From: an uncultured Candidatus Poseidoniales archaeon
GTDB taxonomy: Archaea; Thermoplasmatota; Poseidoniia; Poseidoniales; Poseidoniaceae
Direction of reading: 5' to 3'
DNA length: 64,000 nucleotides
NCBI GenBank assembly: GCA_905182715.1
Contig: CAJJCP010000028.1
Coordinates: 12,592-76,591, forward strand
The notes under the pieces were generated by a model. That model was not told the DNA's origin. It worked only from the letters and a program-made list of their open reading frames with translations, and made no database searches. The translations under genes were made by a program, and so were the position numbers. Of this stretch, positions 1 through 10,539 are shown in pieces (within the stretch, counting starts at the first letter, position 1; each line of letters opens with the position of its first letter).

Positions 1-704
1 TCAAAATGTGCTAACGAAGCGACACCTAATGTTCCGCTCAACCTTTCTGAAGGCTTTGAGTGACCGGTTAATTCTCCAATGATGGATTTACGGGATACTC
101 CCCAGAGTACAGCAAACCCTTCAACACCTCGGAATAATTCATGGCGCTGTAACAGTTCGATATTGTGATCTAAGGTTTTGCCAAAGCCAATTCCCGGGTC
201 GAGTACAATGCATTCGACTGGATGGCCTGCAGCAACCAAACCTCGAGCAGTTTCAAGTAATTGTGAACTGACTTCTTTTGCACAATCGACGTACGATGGC
301 TGCTCTTGCATGGTTTGTGGTGTTCCTTGCATGTGCATGATGCAAACACCGCAACCACTGTTGAGAACGGTTTTGACCATTTCCGGGTCGCGTAATCCGG
401 AGACGTCATTGATCAAATCTGCTCCAGCATCGAGTGCTGCCTGGGCTACTCGTGGCCTGCGAGTATCAATGGAGATGAGTCCCTCTGCGTTTGCTTCACG
501 CAGTGCTTCGATAACGGGGATGACTCGTTGGAGTTCTTCTTCGACCGATACAGCATCCGCATTCGGACGTGTTGATTCTCCACCAATATCAATCCATGTT
601 GCCCCTTGTTGCCACATGCGTAGGCCCGCGTTGACTGCGGAATCTAGTGTGCCTTGGCGACTTTCTTCATGAAATGAGTCTGGTGTGACGTTGAGTATTC
701 CCAT
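1..704 (-). CDS. folP: Dihydropteroate synthase, 3'-truncated at the window edge. The most likely start is the Met at 702-704 (MGILNVTPDSF); an alternative upstream Met lies at 788-790.
   Basis: The reverse-strand translation contains MGILNVTPDSFHEE...GGESTRP...DPGIGFGKT...GVSRKSIIG, all pterin-binding DHPS motifs. The frame stays open to position 1, so it is missing from the ORF table because there is no stop inside the window. Confidence 0.85.
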   Translation of the reverse strand, partial: MGILNVTPDSFHEESRQGTLDSAVNAGLRMWQQGATWIDIGGESTRPNADAVSVEEELQRVIPVIEALREANAEGLISIDTRRPRVAQAALDAGADLINDVSGLRDPEMVKTVLNSGCGVCIMHMQGTPQTMQEQPSYVDCAKEVSSQLLETARGLVAAGHPVECIVLDPGIGFGKTLDHNIELLQRHELFRGVEGFAVLWGVSRKSIIGELTGHSKPSERLSGTLGVASLAHF

Positions 705-827
705 CACATGACAAGAATCAGTTTCTTTTCGATGCAGACCTGCCGAAATTCGGCCTCGGTGAACAATTTGAGGTCGAAATGTACCGCCCATGAACCCTGC
801 GAGTTCGGCAGATTTGATAACATGTGA

Positions 828-1484
828 GTGTCAAGGGTGAATATGTCCGGTGATACTATGGAGAGTTCTTTAGGTGAATTCGGTCATGAAGCAGAAGTTT
901 TCGAGGCGAATGGTCCAAGCGAGCATCGCCGAGAACTCGCAGACCGCTTGATTCGCCGGCTCAATGTTAAAGATCACAACTCGATTTTCGAAATGATATC
1001 TGCAAAGGCTTACTACAGCGGTATTTTACTCGCAATCCTTATCTTTTTTTACTGGATTTTCGTCTCTTCAGCCAACGATGATTCAGAGATTGGAGTCTCT
1101 ATTCTGATGAAAATCGGTTTTGCAGATGTGGCTATTGCGGTTATGCTTCTTGGACTCACTTCCGCCTTCTTCCGAGATTACAGTCGCGAACTCGGGCAAT
1201 TATTACCTTCACTCATATCAGGTGCAATGATTATTGTCTGCGGTTTCTACTTCATCGAACCATTAGTGTATGGTTTTGTATCCGACGAACTTGCCATTGA
1301 AACGGCTATTTGGCGTAGTGCTCGTCTTGGTTTCCTCTGGGGGGGTGTGACATATTGCGCTCATTTCCTTGTTGATGCATCACTTTTATTGTGGTTAAAA
1401 CAATTCTGTGTCAATCATGACATCGATATTTCTCCTGCGGCTGAAGAGCGAACCCGTGACCCTGCATCAGAATCAATCGCTTAA
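828..1484 (+). CDS. Hypothetical integral membrane protein
   Basis: 218-aa ORF with about 4 hydrophobic helices (ILLAILIFFYWIFV, VAIAVMLLGLTSAFF, GAMIIVCGFYFIEPLVYGFV). No family recognised. Confidence 0.45.
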   Translation: MSRVNMSGDTMESSLGEFGHEAEVFEANGPSEHRRELADRLIRRLNVKDHNSIFEMISAKAYYSGILLAILIFFYWIFVSSANDDSEIGVSILMKIGFADVAIAVMLLGLTSAFFRDYSRELGQLLPSLISGAMIIVCGFYFIEPLVYGFVSDELAIETAIWRSARLGFLWGGVTYCAHFLVDASLLLWLKQFCVNHDIDISPAAEERTRDPASESIA

Positions 1485-1505
1485 GACTGCACCTTTCTTG
1501 TAGGG

Positions 1506-2093
1506 TTGACATCTCGTAGCATCATGACAGGTGAGCGAGTGGATGTTTTGCGCCTTGGCTATCGCCTTGGTCGAGACCCCCGAATTACCACTCATCTGGC
1601 TTTAGTCGGTCGTGCACTTGGTGCAGACCGTTTTCTTTTAGCTGGCGATAAAGATCCAAAAATGTTTGAAAACCTCGATTCAGTAGCCAATCGTTTCGGT
1701 GGTGGAATGGATTGTGCGCATATCAAGAATCCTATGGGTTGGCTTCGACGCTTTGTCGAAGAAGATGCAGGAGACGGAATGCCAGGTGTTGCCGTTCACC
1801 TCACCATGTACGGTGAACCATTCCGTGAAGCGATTCCTCGTATTCGCCGTGACCGTCCAATGGTTATTGTCGTAGGTGGCGCTAAAGTACCAGGAGATGT
1901 CTACAAGTACAGTCAATACAACATCGCAGTTGGCAATCAACCGCACTCAGAAGTTGCCGCATTGGCGTTGTTTTTGGATGCCTGGTATGGAGAGGCAGGA
2001 AGTAACCGTTCATTCGACGACGCTCGGCTCATTATCGAGCCATCGGCGAAGGGAAAGAGCGTTCGTGATTTAGACCGTGAAGAAGAAGAGTAA
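1506..2093 (+). CDS. trm56: tRNA (cytidine56-2'-O)-methyltransferase aTrm56 (SPOUT family)
   Basis: RVDVLRLGYRLGRDPRITTHLALVGRALGAD and VHLTMYGE...IVVGGAKVP match archaeal Trm56. The true start may be the Met at 1524. Confidence 0.8.
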   Translation: MTSRSIMTGERVDVLRLGYRLGRDPRITTHLALVGRALGADRFLLAGDKDPKMFENLDSVANRFGGGMDCAHIKNPMGWLRRFVEEDAGDGMPGVAVHLTMYGEPFREAIPRIRRDRPMVIVVGGAKVPGDVYKYSQYNIAVGNQPHSEVAALALFLDAWYGEAGSNRSFDDARLIIEPSAKGKSVRDLDREEEE

Positions 2094-2174
2094 TTATTTA
2101 CTTACTTCCTTGCATGTGTCCGGTTAGACTTTCTTTTAAGCCTTCTTTTTTCGAGTTATTTTCGCACCTGCTTC

Positions 2175-3521
2175 ATGCCAATCATTATGGGGGTTCGTTT
2201 TCGACCAAAACTGATGTCGGCATTGGATGTACAAACCGGCTCATTCAGTCCGGGGGGAAATCAACGCGGAGTTTCCGGTGCTCCATCCTTCCAAGATGCT
2301 GCTGATGGCTTGGTTTACGGCGTCGATTTACCACCCTCTGCAGATGGCCCTGGCGTCCTCCTTACTGCCGATGGGGGTCGCTATTGTGGGACTCTCTTTG
2401 GAGCACGTGGACATGGTGAAGGGGAATTAGTATTCACGACAGGAATGATGGGGTATCAAGAATCGTTAACCGACCCCTCTTTTGCTGGTCAAGTGCTTAC
2501 ATTCACCTATCCCTTGATTGGAAACTATGGCATTCATGCAGGAGCATCTGAATCTGCCGGAGTATGGCCTCGGGGCGTGGTTGTTCGACATGCTATGCAT
2601 CAACCCGATCACCGGTTCTCAATAGGGAAAGTTGAAGATTTACTCCGCTTACACGGTGTACCTGGCATCCAGGGCATTGATACTCGTTCAATTACTCGAA
2701 GAGTTCGAGAACTTGGAACGGTACTTTGTGTATTTGGCCCAGAGTCAGAAGAAGAACTTTTGCAACAACGACTCAAACATCTCACATCTCCCGATCTTGA
2801 GGACTTGGTTGACCAAGTATCGCTCTCATCACCGGTCGTTCTCAATCCAGGTGCACTGGATGCACTCGACCACCCTCTTCCTCGGCTTGGTGTCCTTGAC
2901 TGCGGGATTAAGTACAATATTTTGCGTAATCTCTGTCTTCATTTCGAAGTGATATGGTGCCCTCCGGAAACCTCTTTCGATGTACTTGTCCATGAATATC
3001 AAATCGATGCCTTATTTTGTTCAAATGGTCCTGGTGACCCTGCTCATCCTGGAAAAGCCACACTGGCCCGTAATACACTTGCTCTGGCAGTTCAAGCGAA
3101 ATTACCTGTCATGGGCATTTGTCTTGGACATCAATTGATGGGACTTGCATCAGGATTGCAAACCTACAAAATGCGCTACGGTCATCGAGGAGCAAACCAA
3201 CCTGTTGTCGATTTGAAAACTGGCTTAATCTCCATTACCAGTCAAAACCATGGTTTTGCAGTTGCAGACCCGGAAGCGGGTATGCTTGCAGCCCATCCCA
3301 GTGGTGCATGTTCTCCCCCTGGTGTCAATCAGCACGGAGCTGAAGTCGTTGTTCGCTTTGTCAATGCAAATGACAGAACAGTCGAAGGATTGGACCTCGT
3401 TGGCCATCCTTCGTTTACAGTGCAATTCCACCCCGAAGCTTGTCCTGGTCCTCATGATGCAGCACCTTTGTTCAAACAATTCCGTGATATTGTAGACGCA
3501 GCATTAGGGGGTGTAAACTGA
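2175..3521 (+). CDS. carA: Carbamoyl-phosphate synthase small (glutamine amidotransferase) subunit. The start is uncertain: the roughly 65-aa N-terminal extension may be an artefact.
   Basis: LVFTTGMMGYQESLTDPSFAGQVLTFTYPLIGNYG and the GATase triad region MGICLGHQL are present. The stop TGA overlaps the carB ATG (ATGA at 3518-3521). Confidence 0.9.
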   Translation: MPIIMGVRFRPKLMSALDVQTGSFSPGGNQRGVSGAPSFQDAADGLVYGVDLPPSADGPGVLLTADGGRYCGTLFGARGHGEGELVFTTGMMGYQESLTDPSFAGQVLTFTYPLIGNYGIHAGASESAGVWPRGVVVRHAMHQPDHRFSIGKVEDLLRLHGVPGIQGIDTRSITRRVRELGTVLCVFGPESEEELLQQRLKHLTSPDLEDLVDQVSLSSPVVLNPGALDALDHPLPRLGVLDCGIKYNILRNLCLHFEVIWCPPETSFDVLVHEYQIDALFCSNGPGDPAHPGKATLARNTLALAVQAKLPVMGICLGHQLMGLASGLQTYKMRYGHRGANQPVVDLKTGLISITSQNHGFAVADPEAGMLAAHPSGACSPPGVNQHGAEVVVRFVNANDRTVEGLDLVGHPSFTVQFHPEACPGPHDAAPLFKQFRDIVDAALGGVN

Positions 3522-6500
3522 TGCCACGCCGTGACGATCTCAAGACGATTCTCGTTCTCGGAAGTGGTCCAATTAAGATTGGTCAGGCTGCAGAATTTGA
3601 TTTTTCAGGAAGTCAAGCCGTTCGCGCATTGAGGGAAGATGGCTACGAAGTCATCTTAGTCAATTCGAATCCAGCAACCATTCAAAACGATCCGGAAATG
3701 GCTGATAAAGTCTACATCGAACCATTACTTCCAGATACAGTGCGTCGCATTTTGGAAATTGAACGGCCTTGTGCATTACTTGCTGGAATGGGTGGTCAAA
3801 CCGCACTCAATATTGCCAGCGAACTCGCTCACGATGGCTCACTCGAGCGCCTTGGTGTGGAATTGATTGGTTCGGACTTGGACGCCATCGATAAAGCAGA
3901 AGACCGTGAATTATTCAATCAAGTCTGTAAATCAATTAATCTTCCAATTTCGAATGCCATTGCTTGCAACACGATGGATGGAGTTATCGCCGCTGCTGAA
4001 TCCATCGGAACTTGGCCGATTCTCATCCGTCCTGCTTTCACTCTTGGTGGGCTTGGCGGTGGAACTGCCTGGGATCTGGGGCAATTAGTGGAAATTGCTA
4101 CACTTGGATTACGCAACTCTCGAATCAACCAAGTCTTAATCGAGGAATCAATTCTTGGTTGGCAAGAATTAGAGTATGAAGTCATGCGTGACGGTGCGGA
4201 TAATGCTACTATTGTTTGTACAATGGAAAACATCGACCCTATGGGTGTCCACACCGGTGAATCAACGGTCGTCGCACCATTGCAATCCTTTTCCGATGCG
4301 GACCATCAAATTCTTCGAAATCAAGCACTTGCCCTCATTCGGGAATTAAACATCAAAGGTGGATGTAATGTTCAATTCGCATACAACCAATCAACAGGTG
4401 AGACACGGGTGATTGAAGTTAACCCACGTGTTTCTCGCTCCTCTGCTCTCGCAAGTAAGGCGACAGGATATCCAATCGCCCGTATGGCTGCTAAGATTGC
4501 AGTTGGATACACTTTGGATGAATTGCCTAATCCAATTACCGGTGAGGGTACGACTGCTGCTTTTGAACCGACACTCGATTACTGTGTGGTCAAAATTCCT
4601 CGGTGGCCGTTTGACAAATTCCGAACGGCAGACCGTACTCTTGGAACTTCAATGAAATCCACTGGAGAAGTGATGGCAATAGGACGGAATTTCGAAGAGG
4701 CTTTCCTCAAGGCTTGGGCTTCACTGGAACAGGGCTATGCACATCCTCGACCATTGACTCGGGCCGATGAATCAGAGGGTGAAGGGATGGCTGAACGGGC
4801 CATGTCTGCCTTACCTGATTCAACACTTGTTGAATGGTGTAGAGTTGCAACCGACCGAAGAATGGGTGCATTGATTGAAGCATTCCGAAGAGGCTGGAGT
4901 GTAGAAAAGGTTCACGAAATTACACGAATAACTCGCTGGTTTTTGTATCGGTTTGAACATATTGCGCAAATTGAAAAAGAAATTACCGATACCTCAGCAC
5001 TCCCAACGGAATTGAATCGGGAACAACTCCGTTCATGGAAGAGTCACGGTTTCTCGGACGAGCATATTGCTGATGCATTAGCAGGCTTCCCATCAACCGG
5101 TCCCCGTTCTTTACCAGCCGGTCGAGATGAGGTGGCAGTCATGCGTCGCCGCCACACTCTCGCTTTGCATCCACGTTTCCGAATGGTCGATTCATGTGCA
5201 GCTGAATTTGCTGCGGAAACTCCGTACTACTACTCAACTTACGAGTTGGATGATGCTAAGGGCGTAGATTCGCTTCCTGGTCTTGAATCACGTACAAAGG
5301 AACGACTTGTCACTGTTGGGAGTGGGCCAATTCGAATTGGCCAAGGTATTGAATTTGATTATGGCTGTGTCCATGCCGTTAAAGCAATACGTGCTGCCGG
5401 TAAGGATGCAATTTTAATCAACAATAATCCTGAAACAGTTTCGACTGACTTCGATACCTCTGACCGATTGTATTTCGACCCCTTAACCCTTGAATGCGTT
5501 TCAGAGATTCTTCTGCGCGAACAAGCACATGGGATTCTTTTACAATTCGGAGGGCAAACTGCGATTAATTTGGCCTTGCCATTGAAGGAACGTCTTCCAG
5601 TTCTTGAGCCATTAGGACTGAACTTATCGATTATGGGTACTTCGTGTGATGCAGTCGATGAAGCAAGTGACCGAGAGCGATTTGAAGCATTCGCGAAACG
5701 TTCTGGTCTTCGTATGCCGAATGGAAAGACCGGTACGAGTGCGGAAGATGTCCGCAATGCTGCCTTGGAAATCGGCTTCCCAGTACTTATTCGTCCATCG
5801 TATGTTCTCGGTGGCCGAGGTATGGAGATTCTTTCAAACCAACAACAACTCGATGCGTATCTTACCGAAGCCTATCTCGCTCCCGATAAACCACTCTTAG
5901 TCGACGAATATCTTGGGCATGCAACTGAAATTGATGTCGATGCTGCTTGTGATGGCGAGGATGTCTTGATTGGAGCAATCATGGAACATCTTGAGGAAGC
6001 AGGAATCCACTCTGGCGACTCGACATGTTTCATACCTGCTCAGAATATTTCAGAGCCGATGCTGGAGAAGATTGCTGAACAAACTAAAATCATCGGTCTT
6101 GGTCTCAAAATAAGAGGCTGCTATAACATACAATTTGCACTTCAGGGTGATGATTTGTATGTGCTTGAAGTAAATCCCCGTTCATCACGGACAGTACCTT
6201 TCGTAGCGAAGGCCACTGGCCTTCCGATGGCACGGATTGCAGCAAATATTACCATCGGCATCCCTCTTTCACAGCAAGAAATACCTCGAAGAACTTCCGG
6301 TCAAGTCTGCGTAAAAGCACCTGTGTTCCCCTTTATCAAACTCCGAGGGCTTGATCCAGCGCCTGGCCCGGAAATGAAATCAACCGGTGAAGTGTATGGG
6401 TCTGATGTTTCTGCTGACAAGGCATATCTGAAAGCCAGGTTAGCAACTGAGGTTCCTGTTGCGACATCGGGAGGAGCATATCTCACTGTGCGAAATGAGG

Positions 6501-6865
6501 ACAAGTCCTCTCTTATTCCAATTGCACGTGAACTCGCTGAAATTGGATTTACGCTCTATGCTACGCCGGGTACATGTGATGCCCTTCGAGAGGCTGGAGT
6601 TTCTGCGAATGTTGCCTATCGTATTGCCGATAAAAATCACCCCGACGCCTTGGACCTTATGCGACAAGGTGAAGTTTCATTCATTGTCAACGTTCCAACC
6701 GTCTCGGGTGGCGCTGTCCGTGACGGAAACATGATGCGACGTTTGGCTGTCGAATTGAATATACCATTTGTCACGACCCTTCGTGGTGCTAAAATGGAAG
6801 TCGCTGCAAGTAAAGCAAAATTGAGTGGTCCATTAGAACCACGAAAGTTAACCGTACATTACTGA
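3521..6865 (+). CDS. carB: Carbamoyl-phosphate synthase large subunit
   Basis: 1114 aa with duplicated ATP-grasp halves (ILVLGSGPIKIGQAAEFDFSGSQA and LVTVGSGPIRIGQGIEFDYGCVHA) and a C-terminal MGS-like domain. Confidence 0.95.
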   Translation: MPRRDDLKTILVLGSGPIKIGQAAEFDFSGSQAVRALREDGYEVILVNSNPATIQNDPEMADKVYIEPLLPDTVRRILEIERPCALLAGMGGQTALNIASELAHDGSLERLGVELIGSDLDAIDKAEDRELFNQVCKSINLPISNAIACNTMDGVIAAAESIGTWPILIRPAFTLGGLGGGTAWDLGQLVEIATLGLRNSRINQVLIEESILGWQELEYEVMRDGADNATIVCTMENIDPMGVHTGESTVVAPLQSFSDADHQILRNQALALIRELNIKGGCNVQFAYNQSTGETRVIEVNPRVSRSSALASKATGYPIARMAAKIAVGYTLDELPNPITGEGTTAAFEPTLDYCVVKIPRWPFDKFRTADRTLGTSMKSTGEVMAIGRNFEEAFLKAWASLEQGYAHPRPLTRADESEGEGMAERAMSALPDSTLVEWCRVATDRRMGALIEAFRRGWSVEKVHEITRITRWFLYRFEHIAQIEKEITDTSALPTELNREQLRSWKSHGFSDEHIADALAGFPSTGPRSLPAGRDEVAVMRRRHTLALHPRFRMVDSCAAEFAAETPYYYSTYELDDAKGVDSLPGLESRTKERLVTVGSGPIRIGQGIEFDYGCVHAVKAIRAAGKDAILINNNPETVSTDFDTSDRLYFDPLTLECVSEILLREQAHGILLQFGGQTAINLALPLKERLPVLEPLGLNLSIMGTSCDAVDEASDRERFEAFAKRSGLRMPNGKTGTSAEDVRNAALEIGFPVLIRPSYVLGGRGMEILSNQQQLDAYLTEAYLAPDKPLLVDEYLGHATEIDVDAACDGEDVLIGAIMEHLEEAGIHSGDSTCFIPAQNISEPMLEKIAEQTKIIGLGLKIRGCYNIQFALQGDDLYVLEVNPRSSRTVPFVAKATGLPMARIAANITIGIPLSQQEIPRRTSGQVCVKAPVFPFIKLRGLDPAPGPEMKSTGEVYGSDVSADKAYLKARLATEVPVATSGGAYLTVRNEDKSSLIPIARELAEIGFTLYATPGTCDALREAGVSANVAYRIADKNHPDALDLMRQGEVSFIVNVPTVSGGAVRDGNMMRRLAVELNIPFVTTLRGAKMEVAASKAKLSGPLEPRKLTVHY

Positions 6866-8161
6866 TTAACAAGCACTGTATGCTTCAATGATATACTTGG
6901 TAAGTGGGCTTGTCCATGCGAGTTCACTGATGCCTTCTTCACCTTCAACATCATAGATTCGAACAACATCTCGAACTCGAACATTGCCTGCAGAGGAACG
7001 GGCTAGAATGGTTGCAGCCTTGACTGCTTTACCAGTACCGTGTGGATCGTAGATTGTGTCGAGTGCCTCTTTAAGGAACCAATCGACTTTTCCGCCTGGT
7101 TCGCCTTCGTATGTACGTGTAATTTTCTTAGACCCAAACATTCCACTGGACTTTTTCTTCTTTTGAGTGCCAGCTGCTGCCTTGGTTGCTGCTGCTTTGG
7201 TAGAAGTGCCCGCACTCTTTGCTTTGGTTTCTTTGGGTTTTGATGAAGAACTCGAAGCAGAGCGACCTTTGAATTCTTCTTCAAGTTCTGCTCGAATCTC
7301 CTTTTCTATTTCACTTCGAATACTCTTTTCAAGTTTGGAGCGTAATTTATCCTCTACGGCAGCAGGGTCTCCATTCGCAAGCTTGTTGAGGGCGTCGTCA
7401 CGTTCGTCTTGCATAGCCTGCATGACATTGATGTAGTGCGCAGCAACTTGGATGAGTGAAGTTTCCATTGACGCTTCGAGTTGCATCGATACCACTTCGC
7501 TTGAGGAATCTCTCCACTTCCGCCATTGAAGCATAGTGTTGGCATGAATATCTGAGCCACATTTTGGGCAGAAACTTCGCTTCGGAGGTTTGAGGACCGG
7601 AATTGCTCGCATCGATTCAGGATCGATACCTTCGTGTTCACCACTTGCAACGTCGTGAATGTGAGTTGATGCTTCCATTCCGTTATCCATTGCTTCTCGG
7701 AACAAACCTTCCTTGAGGTCTAATTTACCAGCTTGGATTAAATCCCATCCATTTGTTCCACGAACAACTGCGCGAATTGCTGCATTGGCTGCTGGTGATT
7801 TGCCCCATTCATGGTTTGCAAAAACAGAACTGGACTCATTACCAGTCACTTCAATAGAAAAAGCATCAGAAAGATCGACGTCCTCACCTTCAGCAGGAGC
7901 AGCAATCCCCAATACAATCGGGTTTGCTCCATCTTCAATCTTAGCAATCATGTCGAATTTCTCTGCCATTGAAAGGTCATCACGTATGCGAATGACCTCT
8001 TTGAGTTGGTTCAAATCGTGACCTGTGGCAGTAATTGGTCCTTGACCAGTCAAGTCGTGTCCACACGAGAGACAAAACTTGGCTGCGGCTTCAACACCTG
8101 CTTCACAAGTTGGACAGTAGACTCCCGCCATAGAGGGCAATGGTATCCCACCACTTTTCAA
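6866..8161 (-). CDS. Hypothetical protein with two zinc-ribbon motifs, a coiled-coil region and a Lys/Ala-rich histone-H1-like low-complexity stretch
   Basis: CPTCEAGVEAAAKFCLSCG and CPKCGSD Cys pairs, the repeat KSIRSEIEKEIRAELEEE, and a K/A/T-rich tract (KPKETKAKSAGTSTKAAATKAAAGTQKKKK). Its stop abuts the carB stop with zero spacing. Confidence 0.6.
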   Translation of the reverse strand: MKSGGIPLPSMAGVYCPTCEAGVEAAAKFCLSCGHDLTGQGPITATGHDLNQLKEVIRIRDDLSMAEKFDMIAKIEDGANPIVLGIAAPAEGEDVDLSDAFSIEVTGNESSSVFANHEWGKSPAANAAIRAVVRGTNGWDLIQAGKLDLKEGLFREAMDNGMEASTHIHDVASGEHEGIDPESMRAIPVLKPPKRSFCPKCGSDIHANTMLQWRKWRDSSSEVVSMQLEASMETSLIQVAAHYINVMQAMQDERDDALNKLANGDPAAVEDKLRSKLEKSIRSEIEKEIRAELEEEFKGRSASSSSSKPKETKAKSAGTSTKAAATKAAAGTQKKKKSSGMFGSKKITRTYEGEPGGKVDWFLKEALDTIYDPHGTGKAVKAATILARSSAGNVRVRDVVRIYDVEGEEGISELAWTSPLTKYIIEAYSAC

Positions 8162-8219
8162 GTGTGACGGTCGGATGGAGGCAAAAGTACCCGAAAGAAC
8201 TGCAATTCAGAGGAACCAG

Positions 8220-9827
8220 TTAGTTTCCTAGAACCTGTAGGCATCCATGAAGCAAGTGAAGAATTTCTTCTCTGTCCATTTCGGCAAGAATTGGTGCTAA
8301 TCGAGGTCCCTTTTCGGTGCCCATTAGCGCTGCATATGCTACTTTGAAGGCACTTCGAGGTGATTCATCGAGATCTTTTGCTGACTGAGGGATGGAAGCA
8401 CCAATCGCAGTTGGATTCCAGTCACATGCGTTCAGCGCGACAACCAACGACTTCATGATTCGGCGCTCGACTTCATCGAATGCTTCGAGCATACTGGTGT
8501 TTGGTTCCGTGAGAATATTAATTCGCATTTCATCTGGGAAATGACTTGATTGAATCCAATAACGCATCCTGTTGAGCCTGTCTTGTAATTGAGGAGTGAT
8601 TTCTTCAAGCGCACCAGATGCTTGTAGACTCGCCCAAACATCAGAATCATTTTTCTTGGTTTGAGCTAATAATGCAAGGTGGCGGAAGGTCACTGCGGTT
8701 GCTTCTACCTTTTCACCCGAAGTCACTGTTGCCATTTTCATGGCTCCCGCAGCATCTTCGATTTGCACCTTTTGTCTCCGACTGAGTTCCTCATTGGCTA
8801 ATTCTTGTTGGAAATCTCGTGCAGCAAGTCGTTCAAATTCGTCAGCTAAGGTAACCAGACCCATTCCCGTATCAAATTCAATCGCCTTATTGGGTTTTGA
8901 TTTGGCAACCAAGAGTCGTAATATTTCAGGAGGGACCAATCGTAATGCTTCGATTGGACCGATGGTGTTACCAGCTGATGATGACATTGCACCTTGGCCT
9001 TTGAGACTGATCCATTCATAGACAAGTGGATGAGGTGGTTCATGGCCAAGTATTTGCACGATTTCTCGGCCGGTTGAATAGGAACCTCCAGCAGCACCGT
9101 GGTCTTTGCCAAACGCTTCACATGTTACGCCAATCCATCCCCATTTCGCAGGCCAATCGATTCGCCAGGGCAATTTCCCTTCGCCTTTGGTAATGTCAGA
9201 AGAACCCGAAACTCCGTACTCATCTTCCCAATGAACAAGTGGATATTCGTATCCTGTGACTCGGACTTTGTCAAGTCCTCCACGAGAATTTAACGGGCTC
9301 CATGGGAACCAACCATCGGGTAATTCACGTCCAGATATACGCTCAATGGCCTCACGTATGTCATCAGCACGGTCACATGCTGTTTTGGAAAGTTCGGCGA
9401 AGCGGCCGCTTCTATAGGATTCAAGGTTGTCGATGAGTCGTGGGCGAACACCAATTTCTTCAAGCGCCTTGAGGAATGGTTCGAGGAAGTGATTCGCATA
9501 GGTCCAGCCTTCATTTTGGAACCGTTCCCAATCGGGATTTCCGTCTTCCTTGGGTGCTGGAATCGCACCTAATTGGTTCCCAACAAATTGTTCATATTCG
9601 GGTCCAAGGAAATCATAGACCTTTCGTAAAGGGTCCGCACTGTCGATGATAAACACAAAATCAACAGTAAGTCCTGCATCTTTTGCTGCACGAGCAATCA
9701 TATCTCCGGTGAGGATTTCACGAAGATGTCCAATGTGGAATTCTCCACTTGGCGTGATTCCTGTCGAAACAACATGCGTATCGCTCTTGTGAGCGAGTGC
9801 TTGTGCTGCAACATCTGCCCAGTGCAT
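8220..9827 (-). CDS. lysK: Lysyl-tRNA synthetase, class I (archaeal type)
   Basis: Class I signature motifs HIGH (EFHIGHLREI) and KMSKS-like (AMSSSAGN); the overall LysRS-I N-terminus is ITPSGEFHIGH. Confidence 0.9.
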   Translation of the reverse strand: MHWADVAAQALAHKSDTHVVSTGITPSGEFHIGHLREILTGDMIARAAKDAGLTVDFVFIIDSADPLRKVYDFLGPEYEQFVGNQLGAIPAPKEDGNPDWERFQNEGWTYANHFLEPFLKALEEIGVRPRLIDNLESYRSGRFAELSKTACDRADDIREAIERISGRELPDGWFPWSPLNSRGGLDKVRVTGYEYPLVHWEDEYGVSGSSDITKGEGKLPWRIDWPAKWGWIGVTCEAFGKDHGAAGGSYSTGREIVQILGHEPPHPLVYEWISLKGQGAMSSSAGNTIGPIEALRLVPPEILRLLVAKSKPNKAIEFDTGMGLVTLADEFERLAARDFQQELANEELSRRQKVQIEDAAGAMKMATVTSGEKVEATAVTFRHLALLAQTKKNDSDVWASLQASGALEEITPQLQDRLNRMRYWIQSSHFPDEMRINILTEPNTSMLEAFDEVERRIMKSLVVALNACDWNPTAIGASIPQSAKDLDESPRSAFKVAYAALMGTEKGPRLAPILAEMDREEILHLLHGCLQVLGN

Positions 9828-9836
9828 GAGTTCACC

Positions 9837-10430
9837 TCAGACAGGAACAGCTCGGATCATACCGCGGAGTGGAACTCCATCGATTTCATTGCGAGTCGTT
9901 TTGTTCACGAGGACGATGACTAAGCCAACATCTCCGCCTGCAGCTCGAATCGAACCGATGGTCTTGCTGAGTGTAGTGCCAGAGGACATGACGTCATCGA
10001 TGATGACTACTTTCTTGCCAGACACTTGGCCGTATTTACTCGAAAGAACTCCATGTCCATCATCACCTTCGACATTACGATAGATGGTGTATTCTGAGCC
10101 TAAGCACCGAGCAACTTCGTGAGCAAAACTGATTCCATTGATTGAAATTCCAACAATTGTATCGATGTCGGCTGCTCCGAGTTCTTCATCAGCAATATCG
10201 GCCATAATGGAACCAATCGCTGCGATTCGTTCAGGGCGAACGCCAATGCTTCTCCAACCGATTCGAACATCAGTAGGTCGTTCTCCAGTTTCTCCTTCGG
10301 CTAATAGCCAAGAGATGGTATCTTGCGAAAGAGATAACTCATCGGCAATTTGTTGGGAATTCAACCCTTCTTTTCGCAAACCGAATGCTTGTGCTCGTAG
10401 TTCTTCAATACTTACTGCCATTGTACTCAT
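9837..10430 (-). CDS. GfcR-family regulator: N-terminal HTH fused to an orotate-phosphoribosyltransferase-like domain
   Basis: HTH segment LNSQQIADELSLSQDTISWLL followed by the PRTase motif VVIIDDVMSSGTT. Confidence 0.75.
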   Translation of the reverse strand: MSTMAVSIEELRAQAFGLRKEGLNSQQIADELSLSQDTISWLLAEGETGERPTDVRIGWRSIGVRPERIAAIGSIMADIADEELGAADIDTIVGISINGISFAHEVARCLGSEYTIYRNVEGDDGHGVLSSKYGQVSGKKVVIIDDVMSSGTTLSKTIGSIRAAGGDVGLVIVLVNKTTRNEIDGVPLRGMIRAVPV

Positions 10431-10539
10431 TCGGCGGTAGGGACACTAACTCATCAACCCTTTGCACATTCATGATGTGTAGCCCCCAAGATGGCTTGCA
10501 TCCAAAGGCTTCAAGAAAGAATGACGCAGGGCCTCGTCT

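Noticed and set aside
178-672. 164-aa plus-strand ORF
   Set aside because: Entirely antisense to the well-conserved folP coding sequence; no motifs.
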